Origin: Wallemia ichthyophaga EXF-994 | Lineage: Eukaryota > Fungi > Basidiomycota | Assembly: GCF_000400465.1 (NCBI RefSeq) | Contig: NW_008806275.1 | Coordinates: 555,741 to 587,740 of the forward strand | Reading direction: 5' to 3' | Length of the DNA: 32,000 bases | Shown: positions 1 to 10,644 of the stretch, one piece after another | Layout of the letters: each line of letters opens with the position of its first letter | Position numbering within the stretch: position 1 is the first letter of the stretch | Notes under the pieces: generated by a model | Database searches by the model: none | Told to the model about the DNA's origin: nothing | Seen by the model: the letters and a program-made list of their open reading frames with translations, nothing else | Program-made: the position numbers and the translations under genes

Positions 1-434
1 ACGCGATCTGTAGCTCTGCTACTGTCTGGATACGCTGCTTCAGTCCTCGAGAACGGATTCGCCAGTCTCAATTATGATGCAAGAGAGGAAGCCTTTATGA
101 GGACGGACGAGCTACTGAACGAGTTCGGCGTTTGGCCCTGGGGCGTTGTCGGTAAGACGCAGGGCGCTGCTGCCGACGGTGCTACTGGTATCGGTTCGGC
201 TTCTTTGGATACTTCTGATCAACTCGAGTCACCTGCCTCGGCGGCTATGTCGCATGCCTCTGTCGCCCAGATCGCCAATCTTGTAAAGAACGCCAAGGAC
301 GAAATTGGCGACGATGAATTGGAATTTGAAGTCGTTGCTACTGTATTCTCAGTTTTCGGTAAAGTAAGTCGAATATTCTGTCTTGATATTTCACCCACAC
401 TAACCACCCTAATCAGATGGACTCGTTACTCTAG
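1..434 (+). CDS. 3' end of an unidentified protein-coding gene (runs off the window start)
   Basis: Frame 1 is open from base 1 (TRSVALLLSGYAASVLENGF...FEVVATVFSVFGK). An intron at 364-416 (gtaagt...ctaac...atcag) leads to a last exon MDSLL* ending at 434. Family not recognised. Confidence 0.7.
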
Positions 435-530
435 TTTGTTCACTGTTTCACTCAGCAAAGAGGTATACCCATTGAAAACATTCAAGTAATACGAATAACA
501 TAAATAATACAAATGATATATGATAGACTA

Positions 531-1322
531 TTAATCCCAAAGATTCTCCGTTTCGGCTGCAATCGGTGGTGCTTGATAGGGTGACTCTGGCGGTGTTTGT
601 TGGTAGCTGTTTTGTGTGTGTAGCTCTTCTTGCTCCTCCTCCTGCTCCTCTGATTGTACACTCTCTTCTGCTGGTTGTTGTGGTTCTGAGTGGGATGACC
701 TATCATCACTCTGCCTAGGCTGTAACTTTGAGTACTCAATCTTGTCCACCTTGATCTGTGTGGATGTCAGCAGAGTCAAGCTAAACACTCCCCACCCACT
801 TGATCGTTATCCAGTTTGTACACAAATGTCGTCATTTGCGCTGGCTGTATGTCGAGCAGGATGAAGGATGGTGTGGCGTCTAGCTCTTCTAGGGAAGAGT
901 AAGTGCCTGTCATGGAACCAGGTGAGCAGTAGAATACAGAATCGCGCTCGAAAGCATCAAAGCTTGGGTTGCAACGTTAGAAAGAGCTTTGTAGAGAATG
1001 TAATCGCACATGCGCACCTCTTTGGTCCGGAAATGAGCAATATGTCTACGTTTAGCTTACGTGCGCTGATTGCGTAACTTTGCGTGTCGGTATCGCAAAC
1101 CAGCCCAACTTTAAACTTATCGAGCATAATTGCAGATCCAGATGCGCCAATTATAACTTTATCACACAGCGTTCTCATGTAGTCCAGCGTTGCCTTGTCA
1201 TTCACATCTCCAAGCAATATAGCCCCATCGAGCTTGTTGGGCTGGAGTAATTTCTTGAATTGTATTGGTATATCTGTAGATAACGTTGGTATATTTATCT
1301 CATTCGCTACTAATATCAGCAT
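531..1322 (-). CDS. VPS29: Vps29-like retromer subunit with a degenerate metallophosphoesterase site and an acidic C-terminal extension; 3 exons
   Basis: Exons 1322-1018, 962-800 and 755-531 (introns 55 and 44 nt). The spliced protein follows Vps29 along its length: MLILVANEINIP, QFKKLLQPNKL, FKVGLV, DILLISG, FYCSPGSMTG, PSFILLDIQ, TFVYKL, IKVDKIEYSK. Confidence 0.85.
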
Positions 1323-1810
1323 CTGCGCGGTGGTAGTTGGTAAGTGAGATGAGGAGATATTTTCATAAAATCATATATTCCCCTTCATAATACATCTCAC
1401 TAACTCCCATGCCACCCCACTCCACCTCCTCTTTCACACCTCCAGCCTATCGAATTAAACAGCTCATCTACAAATCTGCTATTTATTTACATCAACGGAA
1501 TCCCACGGCTCTCAGAAATATATTGGTCTATTTTATATTTTCACATCTCCCCTAATCGCCTCCCCACGAAATTAGCGCATCCAATCCAATTCCCGCGCTT
1601 CTCACTTTTCCCGCCTCTCGCCCCGCCCCATCTCTATGTCAGAGAAAAATGAATCATCGACAGCTACACTGGAAATCTCAAATATGTAAATGAAGAGTAT
1701 GAAAATATTTTCCAGGAACCCACATTTTAAGTTTTTTTAATTAAAATTCCCATTCTCGTCCTCTCCTAACTTTTTCATCTACTTTTATCACATCAACCAA
1801 ATCAAGCAAA

Positions 1811-2528
1811 ATGGACATGGGCAGCTCAGGTATGGAAGGAGGAATGAACATGGGTGACATGGGCGGATGTACTACCTCGATGCTTTGGAACTGGGTGAGT
1901 TTCACCCCTACATCTGACACCTTTCTCACAAGCGACAGAATATAAAGGACACCTGTCCAGTTTCTAAGCAGTGGCACATTACAAACGATGGTGAGCCGTC
2001 ATTATGATCCCACCACCCTTGCTAAACAACAACCCCCTAGGCGCATTTGCTGGTACAGTTATCGGTGTTTTCTTCATCGTCGTTGCGATAGAAGCGCTGA
2101 GGAGATTCGGAAGAGAGTACGATAGGAAGCTCGTCAACGACTACCGCAAATCGCAAGCATCGGCTGGTAACACCAGCATGGCACCAGACGTCGACGCAAA
2201 AGGCGACGTAGGACCCGCGCCTGTATTGGTAGGAACGGGTCAACTCAGGCCGTTCAGACCAACTTTATCTCAACAGTTCATCAGAGCACTCGTGTATTTT
2301 GTCCAGTACTCGGCTACTTACATGTGAGTAACGTGTTTGACACTTCCGTATTTAGCAACTCGAATTGACGCGTCGTATCACAGCGTTATGCTTATAGCGA
2401 TGACTTTCAACGGTTACCTGCTTTTTGCCATCTTCTTCGGAGGTGGATTTGGATATCTCGTCAGCAGCTGGGATACTGTCGGATTGGTGGAGGACACTGA
2501 GAAAAGCTCTTCGGGATGTTGCTGCTGA
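1811..2528 (+). CDS. Ctr-family copper transporter; 4 exons
   Basis: Met-rich N-terminus MDMGSSGMEGGMNMGDMGG, then CTTSMLWNW|NIKDTCPVSKQWHI, TM1 AFAGTVIGVFFIVVAIE, MxxxM motif (MLIAM) followed by TFNGY, and a C-terminal Cys-Cys. Introns 1895-1938, 1991-2040 and 2324-2383. Confidence 0.95.
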
Positions 2529-2760
2529 GAGACGGTTGAAATATGCATCATCTCATCACAGGCTCAAAGGCTCACACTCTCAATTTCTTAATTGCTATTA
2601 CCCTTTCAATTCTCATTCTGGACACCCTGTAGACACTTTATCTGTATAAATAAAGCACACAACACTACTCAATTTCTACTCTATGGAGGACTAACATACA
2701 TATTTCACTTGTCTATTGAAGAATATAAAACAGCTGTATTCTCCCTCACAAATTCACGTC

Positions 2761-3967
2761 ATGCCAAAAAGCTTATTTGGCAGCCAGAGCGCTGTAAGGA
2801 ATTGCTAGACGTGTGGTGCCATTCTAATTTCTTTCTCATTAGGACCAAGCTGCCGCTGGATTCGGTGCAGGCATCATGGCAACCTTTACCATGCAGCCGT
2901 TCGACATCATTAAAGTGAGGTTCCAAGTAGCCAGCACGTCCGAGAACGCGGGATACGGACGAGCAATCTGGACTGCTCTCAGAAATGTTGTGAAGAAGGA
3001 AGGCCCTACTGGTTTATGGAGGGGAATCGTACCAAACATCATCGGCAACTCCAGCGGATGGGCTACGTATTTCTACTTGTGAGGATGACGGGGCGCGCAC
3101 GCTATTTGGCCATCAAAGCTAACGCGCCTTCAAGCTACACGATGTTCAAGGGTGCTGCACAAACACGGCAACACAACACAGCTCTTTCACCTTCTCAGTA
3201 TCTTCTATGTGCATCTACAGCAGGTAAGAGAGCGGCGAGATTGATTGCGCTGTGCTAACTCGTTCACTCAGGCTCGATCAGCGCTATGATTACTAACCCT
3301 TTCTACGTTATCAAAACGCGGATGTACACGTCGTCATACAATAACAGTAGCGCATACAGAGGACTGTTGGATGGATTCAACAAGGTGGTCTCTTCAGAGG
3401 GTGTCTGTGGATTGTGGAAAGGCACTCTCCTCGCGCTGGGTACAGTCGCAAACAGTGCTCTGCAATTCACCATATATGAGGAAATGAAGAAATCTCGGTT
3501 CGCTGCGAGGGATACGCAGCCTGGCGTAAATGACAGACTGGTGAGTTGAGTTGGATAATGGTCGTTGGCGCTCTCAGCTCATTGAAAATAGCCCAACTGG
3601 GAATACACAGCTTTGAGTGGATCGTCGAAGCTTATTGCTTTGGCTGCGACCTACCCGTACCAAGTAATAAGATCGAGGCTTCAGGTGGGCTGTACTCCTT
3701 TTCTGTGCAAGACAACACATCGAACATAACCAAGTATTCTACAGAGTTTGAGAACATAAGACATTGCGTGAAGCAGTCTTACAGGCGTGAAGGGATCAGA
3801 GCGTTCTATAGGGGATTGGGTATCAATGCTATCAGAATCCTGCCAGGAACTTGCGTCACTTTTGTAACGTGAGTTGGGAGTAACGGGGAATGAACCAGCT
3901 GACATAATTTAGATACGAAAACTTAATATGGATAATCAAGGAAGCCTCGCGTGATAAGCAGGATTGA
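2761..3967 (+). CDS. FLX1: Mitochondrial carrier, FAD/folate transporter type (Flx1/SLC25A32-like); multi-exon
   Basis: Spliced start MPKSLFGSQSA|DQAAAGFGAG. Carrier signatures PFDIIKVRFQ and NPFYVIKTRM, plus GNSSGWATYF and ILPGTCVTFVT|YENL. Several short GT-AG introns; last exon ends at TGA 3967. Confidence 0.8.
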
Positions 3968-4086
3968 TCTGCAAGCCGGCAGACATACACATAAATTATG
4001 CATCCACACACATTCGTTGTAAATTATCATCTGTTTAATACGTTCTACTTTAACAAAATACCTTAGTGACTCTTATATCAACGTCC

Positions 4087-5196
4087 ATGTGGCTCACCAG
4101 CAACAAATCCAACAAGAAGGGCGTCAAATCGTCGAGTAGAGACAACACCCCGCTGGAATCAGGCAAGACTACAAAATTACTTGGACCAGGTGTACGCGAT
4201 AAGACTGGTAAGATTACGGAGTATTCTGTGGGTGCGGATTGCAGAACGATAGTACGAGTACTGATATCAATTGTACAGTCAGCAGAAGACAAATGCCCAG
4301 TATGTTCTTCAGACCGCTATCTGAATCCATCGCTACGATTACTGGTATCTCCTTGCTATCACAAAATGTGCGAGAGCTGCATAGATAGATTGTTTACATT
4401 AGGTCCGGAGCCGTGTCCAATCTGTGGAAAAATCACTCGCAAGACAGCCTTCGTTGCACAGACATTCGAGGACCTAGGCGTAGAGAAAGAAGTAGCTGTG
4501 AGGAGGCGTGTAGCGAAAGCGTACAATCTAAACGCAGAAGACTTTTCAGACCTACGCAGCTACAACGATTACTTGGAAGAGGTGGAAGATATAACCTACA
4601 ACCTAATTAACAACATAGACATTTCAAACACAGAGGCCAAAATACGCTCGCATCAGGCCAAGAATGCATCATCGATTATATCCAATTCAGCGAGGGAAGT
4701 GGCGGACGCAGAAGCTGTTAAAGCAGAGGAAGAGCGTGAGCGCAAAGAGCGTGAAGCTCGAGCGAAGGAGGCACGACGGGAATTGGAGCAAGAAATGATA
4801 GAAAAAGACCAAGACAAAGAAGTACTTTTGAGAGAATTGGAGCATTCTTCAAAATCAGCAGGAAAAGTAATGGCACAGCAGAAATCAAAAGCACTGAAAA
4901 GATCATCAGCTCGCACAACCAATCAACTCAAGCCAGTGTCGATACCGACTAACACATTCCCACCGGACAATCCAATGCCATTCATGACAGACGACGTATG
5001 GGATCCTCTTTATGATGAAGATGCGTATGATGACTATAGCGGTCTCTACAAACTCGCACCGAGCGTCTATGCGGATGGCTTCAAGGGTGCTGAGAGTGTC
5101 GTCGGCGGTGACGAAATTGCAAGAGCTGGTGGCTGGACGAGAGAACAGGCGTGGGAGAGGGCCATACGCGAGGGTGTGTCTGAGTGGACGTTGTAA
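4087..5196 (+). CDS. TFB3: TFIIH/CAK assembly factor MAT1 (Tfb3), RING finger
   Basis: C3HC4 RING CPVCSSDRYLNPSLRLLVSPCYHKMCESCIDRLF...CPIC and the MAT1 centre FEDLGVEKEVAVRRRV...YNDYLEEVED. There is a probable in-frame 51-nt intron at 4228-4278. The 3' end may instead splice via gtaaga...tacag (5193-5269) to a stop at 5294. Confidence 0.93.
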   Translation: MWLTSNKSNKKGVKSSSRDNTPLESGKTTKLLGPGVRDKTGKITEYSVGADCRTIVRVLISIVQSAEDKCPVCSSDRYLNPSLRLLVSPCYHKMCESCIDRLFTLGPEPCPICGKITRKTAFVAQTFEDLGVEKEVAVRRRVAKAYNLNAEDFSDLRSYNDYLEEVEDITYNLINNIDISNTEAKIRSHQAKNASSIISNSAREVADAEAVKAEEERERKEREARAKEARRELEQEMIEKDQDKEVLLRELEHSSKSAGKVMAQQKSKALKRSSARTTNQLKPVSIPTNTFPPDNPMPFMTDDVWDPLYDEDAYDDYSGLYKLAPSVYADGFKGAESVVGGDEIARAGGWTREQAWERAIREGVSEWTL

Positions 5197-5590
5197 GAAA
5201 TACCAATTGCACTATCTATTCTTTTGGGCGTATCGATGAGGCGGATAGTGCGGCTGATGTTGCATACAGAGGAGAGCTGCCTGATAAAGTTTGATAGAGT
5301 TGCTAGCAGCACAACTCTCGTTTTGAAGGAGCACTTATCGCTAATTGACTGCCTGGTGTGTTTAGTTTATATTACAGATAACATTTAACAAACAGCCAGA
5401 GCTGAAAATTAAATCAGAATCCAAGTACTGCGATCAAGTGAGACTGGTATACTTCGGTAGAGTGCCCGATAATAAAGACCCGCTTTAAAATTTCAAATCT
5501 AGCCAGACGCCGCTCACATTCCATCTCTTGTTCATACCACCACGATCTCAGAAATTTAGCCGCTGTGTTCTAGTCTAGAGATAGCAAATA

Positions 5591-5729
5591 ATGTCAGCCT
5601 GGAAGAACGATATGTATGCGCATCTTGGGGCTGCCTAATTCCTCTCACAAGGCAAATAGGTTTGATGAAGTCATCGATGAGGCAGAAATGGAAGAGATTA
5701 ACAGACCTTTCGATATTTATGCAGAGTAG
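5591..5729 (+). CDS. Possible 30-aa spliced micro-ORF, or the first exons of the downstream hypothetical gene
   Basis: aaataATG context. Exon 5591-5613, 46-nt intron gtatgc...cctaat...aatag, exon 5660-5729. Product MSAWKNDMFDEVIDEAEMEEINRPFDIYAE. Confidence 0.4.
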
Positions 5730-5912
5730 CCACGTATATTATACATGTAACACTTCAACTTACGCTGTTATCTGCTGATTAGCCACGATCTCACCCTTCG
5801 CAACGACACAGATAGGGTAATAATTGATAATCCATGGACTAGAGCTCAGTTCGGACGTGGCTCGCGCATAATAAGTAGAGTCGCTTTCCCACTCACGTTT
5901 AGCACGGCTGAC

Positions 5913-6595
5913 ATGTCGTTGTCTTTAATAGAAGTTATAGTCAAGTCTGACGTAATGGATGAGGGCGAAGATGCTGATAACAAACACTTGAAGAATTGGA
6001 ATGGAACTGATCATATCGAATCATTCACTACCAATAAGGATGATGTGCTTTTTCGATCTCCATTCAACACCTCCCTAACACTCTTGCACAGCTCGTCGAA
6101 ACTAAACTCTGTCCACTTCGAACAGCAAAAGCGAAGCAGCTGACCATTCAGCAATCATTCGCCCGCCAGCTTCCGAAGCATGAAAAACCTAAAGACTCAA
6201 TCAGACTCTGGATAGACGACAAGCCGGCGATAGAAGAGGTCGTATTCAAGAAACCAACATTACCCAACGCCAAATCCCAAACTAAAAGGTCTGACGCTAA
6301 GAATATGCTGCAACTCACTAATACATCACCTGTGCCAAACAAAAGGCGCAAATTAAACCCTATCTGGACAACATTTATCAAGACACCCAAGATTGAGGCT
6401 GTCAAGACTGCCAAGCCGTTCAATTCATCACCATACAAATGGGTCAAGCCTTCTGATTCAGTGGTCGTGACTGCAGATAAGAAGATGACGATGTTTGAGC
6501 CGACTAACCTTAAGCTGCACAAGAAGGAGGTTGATAATGCTGGTGGTACGACAAGTGCGTGGTGCAACGCTTCATTTATAGATGATAATGCGTAG
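5913..6595 (+). CDS. Hypothetical Lys-rich protein; 5' end unresolved
   Basis: ORF 5913-6143 joins ORF 6305-6595 in phase through a 47-nt intron at 6045-6091 (gtgctt...ctaac...cacag), giving ...TTNKDD|LVETKLCPLRTAKAKQLTIQQSF...KRRKL... An acceptor-like gctgac...taatag near 5931 implies further upstream exons. Confidence 0.6.
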
Positions 6596-6747
6596 TAAGT
6601 TGCAGGAAGCGGGAAGCAAGGGTAAGACTTTCGCAAAGCTGTTAATATGATCTTTTCAACACATTTATCCTTCTTGTGAAATCGTTTATCGTTAAATAAT
6701 CATGAATATTCAGCACACACATCTTTTACCTGTGCAATCGACTCATT

Positions 6748-7593
6748 ATGCCGCGAATCGAAGAAGAGGTAGACGAGAGTAAGAAAGTAGAGTTTGATGA
6801 TGATTTTGACATGCCATTGAATGCACTGGGAGGTCAAGGGAATCAAGGAGCATTGCTCGAGCATGTTGATGAGGCACAGCAACCAGCACAACAACCATCA
6901 CAACCTCCAGCATCTACGAGCACATCTACAAGTGCACCACCGCCACCTTCCTCATTCCCAGGTATGCCCGGCATGCCTGGACTTCCATCCCAATTCATGG
7001 AGGAGGAGCGTATACCCTTGCCCGTAATAATAGACTCGAAATCCAAACCACGCATGAGACCTATCCATGATGAAATGGAGCTGGATGAATACAAGAACTG
7101 GATAACACTCTACCCGGTTTACTTTGACGCTAAAGCCAATCAATCACAACGGAAGCTACCACGTAACAAGTGTGTGTGGTGGCCACTTGCGAACGATCTC
7201 GCAGAGTGTACGGGTAATCTCGGCTACAGGACGTTATTCGAGCCCACCAAAACACATCCAAGCGATTGGGAGAATCCAGGTAGAATCAAGATCGAGTTAG
7301 AGCACAGTGGTCATAAAGAGAAGACGAGAGTAATTAGCGAGATCGGCGAAGAACTCAAGGATAAGTTGAGGGATGACACTGTTATACAGAAACGCACTCA
7401 TAAGCTGCCTTCTGCACCTAAGAATGTCACGCTGAGGAGACCGGCTTGGTCGCCTGCTAAACCTGTAGGCATGTATCCAAAGACGGCCAATGAACAGCCA
7501 CCTCCAGAACCTATTAAACCTGGAACCAAGCCAGATGAGGCACCTAAAAAGGAGAAAAAACCAAAGATTAAGCGCAAAGTTATACGTGCATAG
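6748..7593 (+). CDS. SEC65: Signal recognition particle subunit SRP19/Sec65
   Basis: WITLYPVYFDAK...WPLANDL...KTHPSDWENPGRIKIEL is the SRP19 core. It has the acidic/Pro-rich N-terminal and Lys-rich C-terminal extensions typical of fungal Sec65. Confidence 0.92.
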   Translation: MPRIEEEVDESKKVEFDDDFDMPLNALGGQGNQGALLEHVDEAQQPAQQPSQPPASTSTSTSAPPPPSSFPGMPGMPGLPSQFMEEERIPLPVIIDSKSKPRMRPIHDEMELDEYKNWITLYPVYFDAKANQSQRKLPRNKCVWWPLANDLAECTGNLGYRTLFEPTKTHPSDWENPGRIKIELEHSGHKEKTRVISEIGEELKDKLRDDTVIQKRTHKLPSAPKNVTLRRPAWSPAKPVGMYPKTANEQPPPEPIKPGTKPDEAPKKEKKPKIKRKVIRA

Positions 7594-7660
7594 TAGTAAG
7601 ATTCTAAATATGAAATAAATGTACAATTACACAAAACATGCGTTGTAATCTGTTAATCAG

Positions 7661-8386
7661 CTAATCAGCTAAACGTCTGCCACCACCCCAGTTGTGTGTT
7701 TGCGATCTTGATTGAGTTGGATTGATGGCGGTTCCAAAACCAGTGTGACGCTCTCTGCTTTCAGAAGAGATCCACCACTTTTCAAACCATTGTGGGGGTG
7801 TGGTAAGCGTGTTTCTGATTAATGCAGGTACTGGTGAAGGGAAAATAGACAGCGTATGCCTGAAATGAGCTGCTATGATGCCCATTAAACCAAAAAGAAC
7901 AATAACTGGACCGCCAATCAACAAATCTATGGCTAGTATAACGTAAGGATAAGCGTAGTTGGGTATACTAACCAATCCGAACAGACTAACATGAGAATTT
8001 GGAGAGAGTATTGATTGAGTGTAGACGACGGAGAGGAAGAATGATCTAAACAGACTGAAAGCGTTGATAGGGTAGTTAAGTAGGAGTATAAATAAGGCGT
8101 CTATGATTCTACTCCACGCGTATCCGGCGCCGGCTCTACCCATGCCGCTGCCTTCCAAATCGGAAGACGTTTTGAATAGAATGAGTAGATCAAATAAGCC
8201 GCCAATAGAGCTTGGAAGAATGAAGAGAGAAGTGTACGCCCGCCAGAACTGAGGGATAACTAGTGAGGTATGCATACCGAGGTACGCTGGGACAAAGAAT
8301 GACAAAATGGTAATTGAGATTGAAGATAGAGTAATAAACCTGGTTACCCTTGGGATTTTCTCAACTTCTCGCCAGATTTCATTCAT
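7661..8386 (-). CDS. Derlin-family ERAD membrane protein (Der1/Dfm1-like)
   Basis: IPRVTRF start, WR motif (PQFWRAYTS), hydrophobic helices, FGLVSIPNYAYPY and GIIAAH. The C-terminal HNWGGGRRL resembles the Cdc48-binding SHP box. Confidence 0.88.
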   Translation of the reverse strand: MNEIWREVEKIPRVTRFITLSSISITILSFFVPAYLGMHTSLVIPQFWRAYTSLFILPSSIGGLFDLLILFKTSSDLEGSGMGRAGAGYAWSRIIDALFILLLNYPINAFSLFRSFFLSVVYTQSILSPNSHVSLFGLVSIPNYAYPYVILAIDLLIGGPVIVLFGLMGIIAAHFRHTLSIFPSPVPALIRNTLTTPPQWFEKWWISSESRERHTGFGTAINPTQSRSQTHNWGGGRRLAD

Positions 8387-8453
8387 TTTGATGTTATCAA
8401 GTTGAGATCAAGTGAACCACGTGTTGGACAAGGACCATCAGCCATCAGCTAAA

Positions 8454-9490
8454 ATGGAAAAGAGCAAGAAATTAAGTAGACCGCCTTCTCTAAGCGAGCT
8501 CGTTAGCCGGTGAGTGAATTGCACGCCGTTTTAGACTCGTTGCCTGTCCAGCGGTTCTGACTCAACATCAGGATAGACACGGACAAGATAAATCAAGTAA
8601 AGTTGCAACAGCAGCAGCGATTGTCTGATGAGAGGAGGTATGCTGCTCGAAAAATACTCACCCGACAAGAAAACACTGGAGTTGCGAGTGCGTCATCGAC
8701 GCCTAATAAACATTCACCTTCACTGGCGAAAATACAGTCGCGATTTGGTGTAAGTGAGGACATTCAAGACCATAAAGAGAAGAAAGATGATGTAGATTTA
8801 CATCCACTCCAACATTGCTGGACTTTATTTTACGATTCTAAAACATCAAATACTGCACCGACAAACAGCCCACAGCAGCTAGGTCACACTGATAAGGGTA
8901 CGTATGAAGCTGGTTTGAATGTTATCCAGGACATGAAAACTGTTGAAGATTTCTGCAGAGTTTGGAATTGGTGTAAGCCACCATCAAAATTAGAAAGACA
9001 CTCAAATTATCACCTCTTCAAAGACGGCATAAAGCCGCTATGGGAAGATCCGTCAAATTCAAATGGTGGGAAGTGGGTGATTATCGTTAGAAATAGTCAT
9101 TGGCTGTTAGATAGATGCTGGACATGGCTAGTGATGGGTTTGATTGGCGAGGAAATTGACGAGGATGACGATATTACCGGCGCTGTTGTCTCCACTCGTC
9201 CTCGCGGTGACAGAATACAGATCTGGACGCGTATGACATCAGTTGATAAGTGTAACCAACTTGCTGAGAAGTTGATAAAGATGTTGGAAATTGATCAAGA
9301 TAATAACAAAAACATAAGCTTAGATTTTCAATTTAATCAGTCTAACCCACCACCAACTACAGAATTCATCAACATCACACCAACACAATCAAGCAATTCA
9401 CCATCAACTACAACGACGCAAAACTCGCCTGGTGGTTTCAAAATACCTCATACGCCTCATACGCCACAAGACAGATGGAGATCGCAATAA
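8454..9490 (+). CDS. Atypical eIF4E-family cap-binding protein; 2 exons
   Basis: Exon 8454-8509, intron 8510-8571. eIF4E core HPLQHCWTLF...YEAGL...TVEDFCRVWNW...YHLFKDGIKPLWEDPSNSNGGKW...GAVVSTRPRGDRIQIW. Confidence 0.92.
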
Positions 9491-9612
9491 TCTGCATTAA
9501 GGAGGATTATACCAAAATAATGTAACGAAATGAAAATTGTTCATTCAAAAAAAAAACTATAATAACAAATGATATTCAATGATATTCAATTAAAATAATC
9601 AATAAAAGACTT

Positions 9613-10644
9613 TTAAATCTTTAAACAGCTTGCGAATGAGGATGAAATATCGTGATGCTTTGTTTGCTTTGTTGAGGGTGAGATTTTAGAATTGATGAGT
9701 AGAGTGTTGATGAGATTTGCAGAAACAGATTGATTGTACGAGGGAGGTTGATCGACGCAAGGTGAGTATGCAGGAGGTGGTGGTAAATCGTAGAAATTCT
9801 TCATATTAGTCTCAGGAATGAGAGTGGTGTAGACCGACATGAAGTTTGAGTTTATGGGCGGAGTAGCTGGGGTGTTGCCAAATAAGCCGAGGTCTTTGTT
9901 AGTATTAGCGAGTGGAATAGATGAGTTTGAAGTGGAGGCTGTGGAGGCTGCCGTGGATGATGCGGTTGATAAGTGATCGAATTTAGATTTCAACGATTGA
10001 ATCTCTTTTCTGAGATCGTTGGATTCGTTCTTAGAGTCCTTCAAGTCGTGATTAAGCTGCTCAATGAGATCATCCCTTGAATTCAACTGTGATTCTAATT
10101 GTTCAATGTAATCCTTTCTACGCAATCTGAAAGCTCTAGCAGATATTTTATTACGAAGCTGTCTCTTTTCTTTTGAAGAAAGCTTATTGTACTCTTGCGG
10201 ACTGAGGTTTGCCTCTGCAGCAGCTGATGTAATGTTTACGTCCTTTTGTGTGCGCTTTCTTTTCGTGTTTCTGGTGGAATTAGATGAGGATATATTTGAA
10301 GGGGTGCTGTTTGTGTCTGAGTCAGCAGCATCATCGTTGTCGAGCTCGTTGTCGTGCTCCTGGTCTTGATTGTTTGGCATTTGGTTGACAGGGATAGGGG
10401 GATCGAGCTCTTTCTCTTCCTTTATGGAAGTCAGTTCGTTGGTATTGATAGCCTCTACGTTAGCCTGTGAGGTGGATGCGATAGGTGGTGTAGCTGATGT
10501 TGTCGGCGTGGCTTCAGTTGTTGTCATGTCAAACGCAGCCAGTGGCTGTGGCTGGAATTGTGTGTGGAATATATCCAACCCAACGTCTAGCTTATAATCC
10601 TGGTCCAAATTCTCTAAATTCAAATAATTCTCTACTTCTGCCAT
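9613..10644 (-). CDS. bZIP transcription factor
   Basis: Basic region KEKRQLRNKISARAFRLRRKDYIEQLE followed by a leucine heptad zipper; low-complexity flanks; intronless ORF. Confidence 0.9.
   Translation of the reverse strand: MAEVENYLNLENLDQDYKLDVGLDIFHTQFQPQPLAAFDMTTTEATPTTSATPPIASTSQANVEAINTNELTSIKEEKELDPPIPVNQMPNNQDQEHDNELDNDDAADSDTNSTPSNISSSNSTRNTKRKRTQKDVNITSAAAEANLSPQEYNKLSSKEKRQLRNKISARAFRLRRKDYIEQLESQLNSRDDLIEQLNHDLKDSKNESNDLRKEIQSLKSKFDHLSTASSTAASTASTSNSSIPLANTNKDLGLFGNTPATPPINSNFMSVYTTLIPETNMKNFYDLPPPPAYSPCVDQPPSYNQSVSANLINTLLINSKISPSTKQTKHHDISSSFASCLKI

Noticed and set aside
4066-4278. TFB3 N-terminus as given by the ORF track (GTG start, VGADCRTIVRVLISIVQ segment)
   Set aside because: An ATG at 4087 is the likelier start, and 4228-4278 has donor, branch and acceptor signals of an in-frame 51-nt intron.
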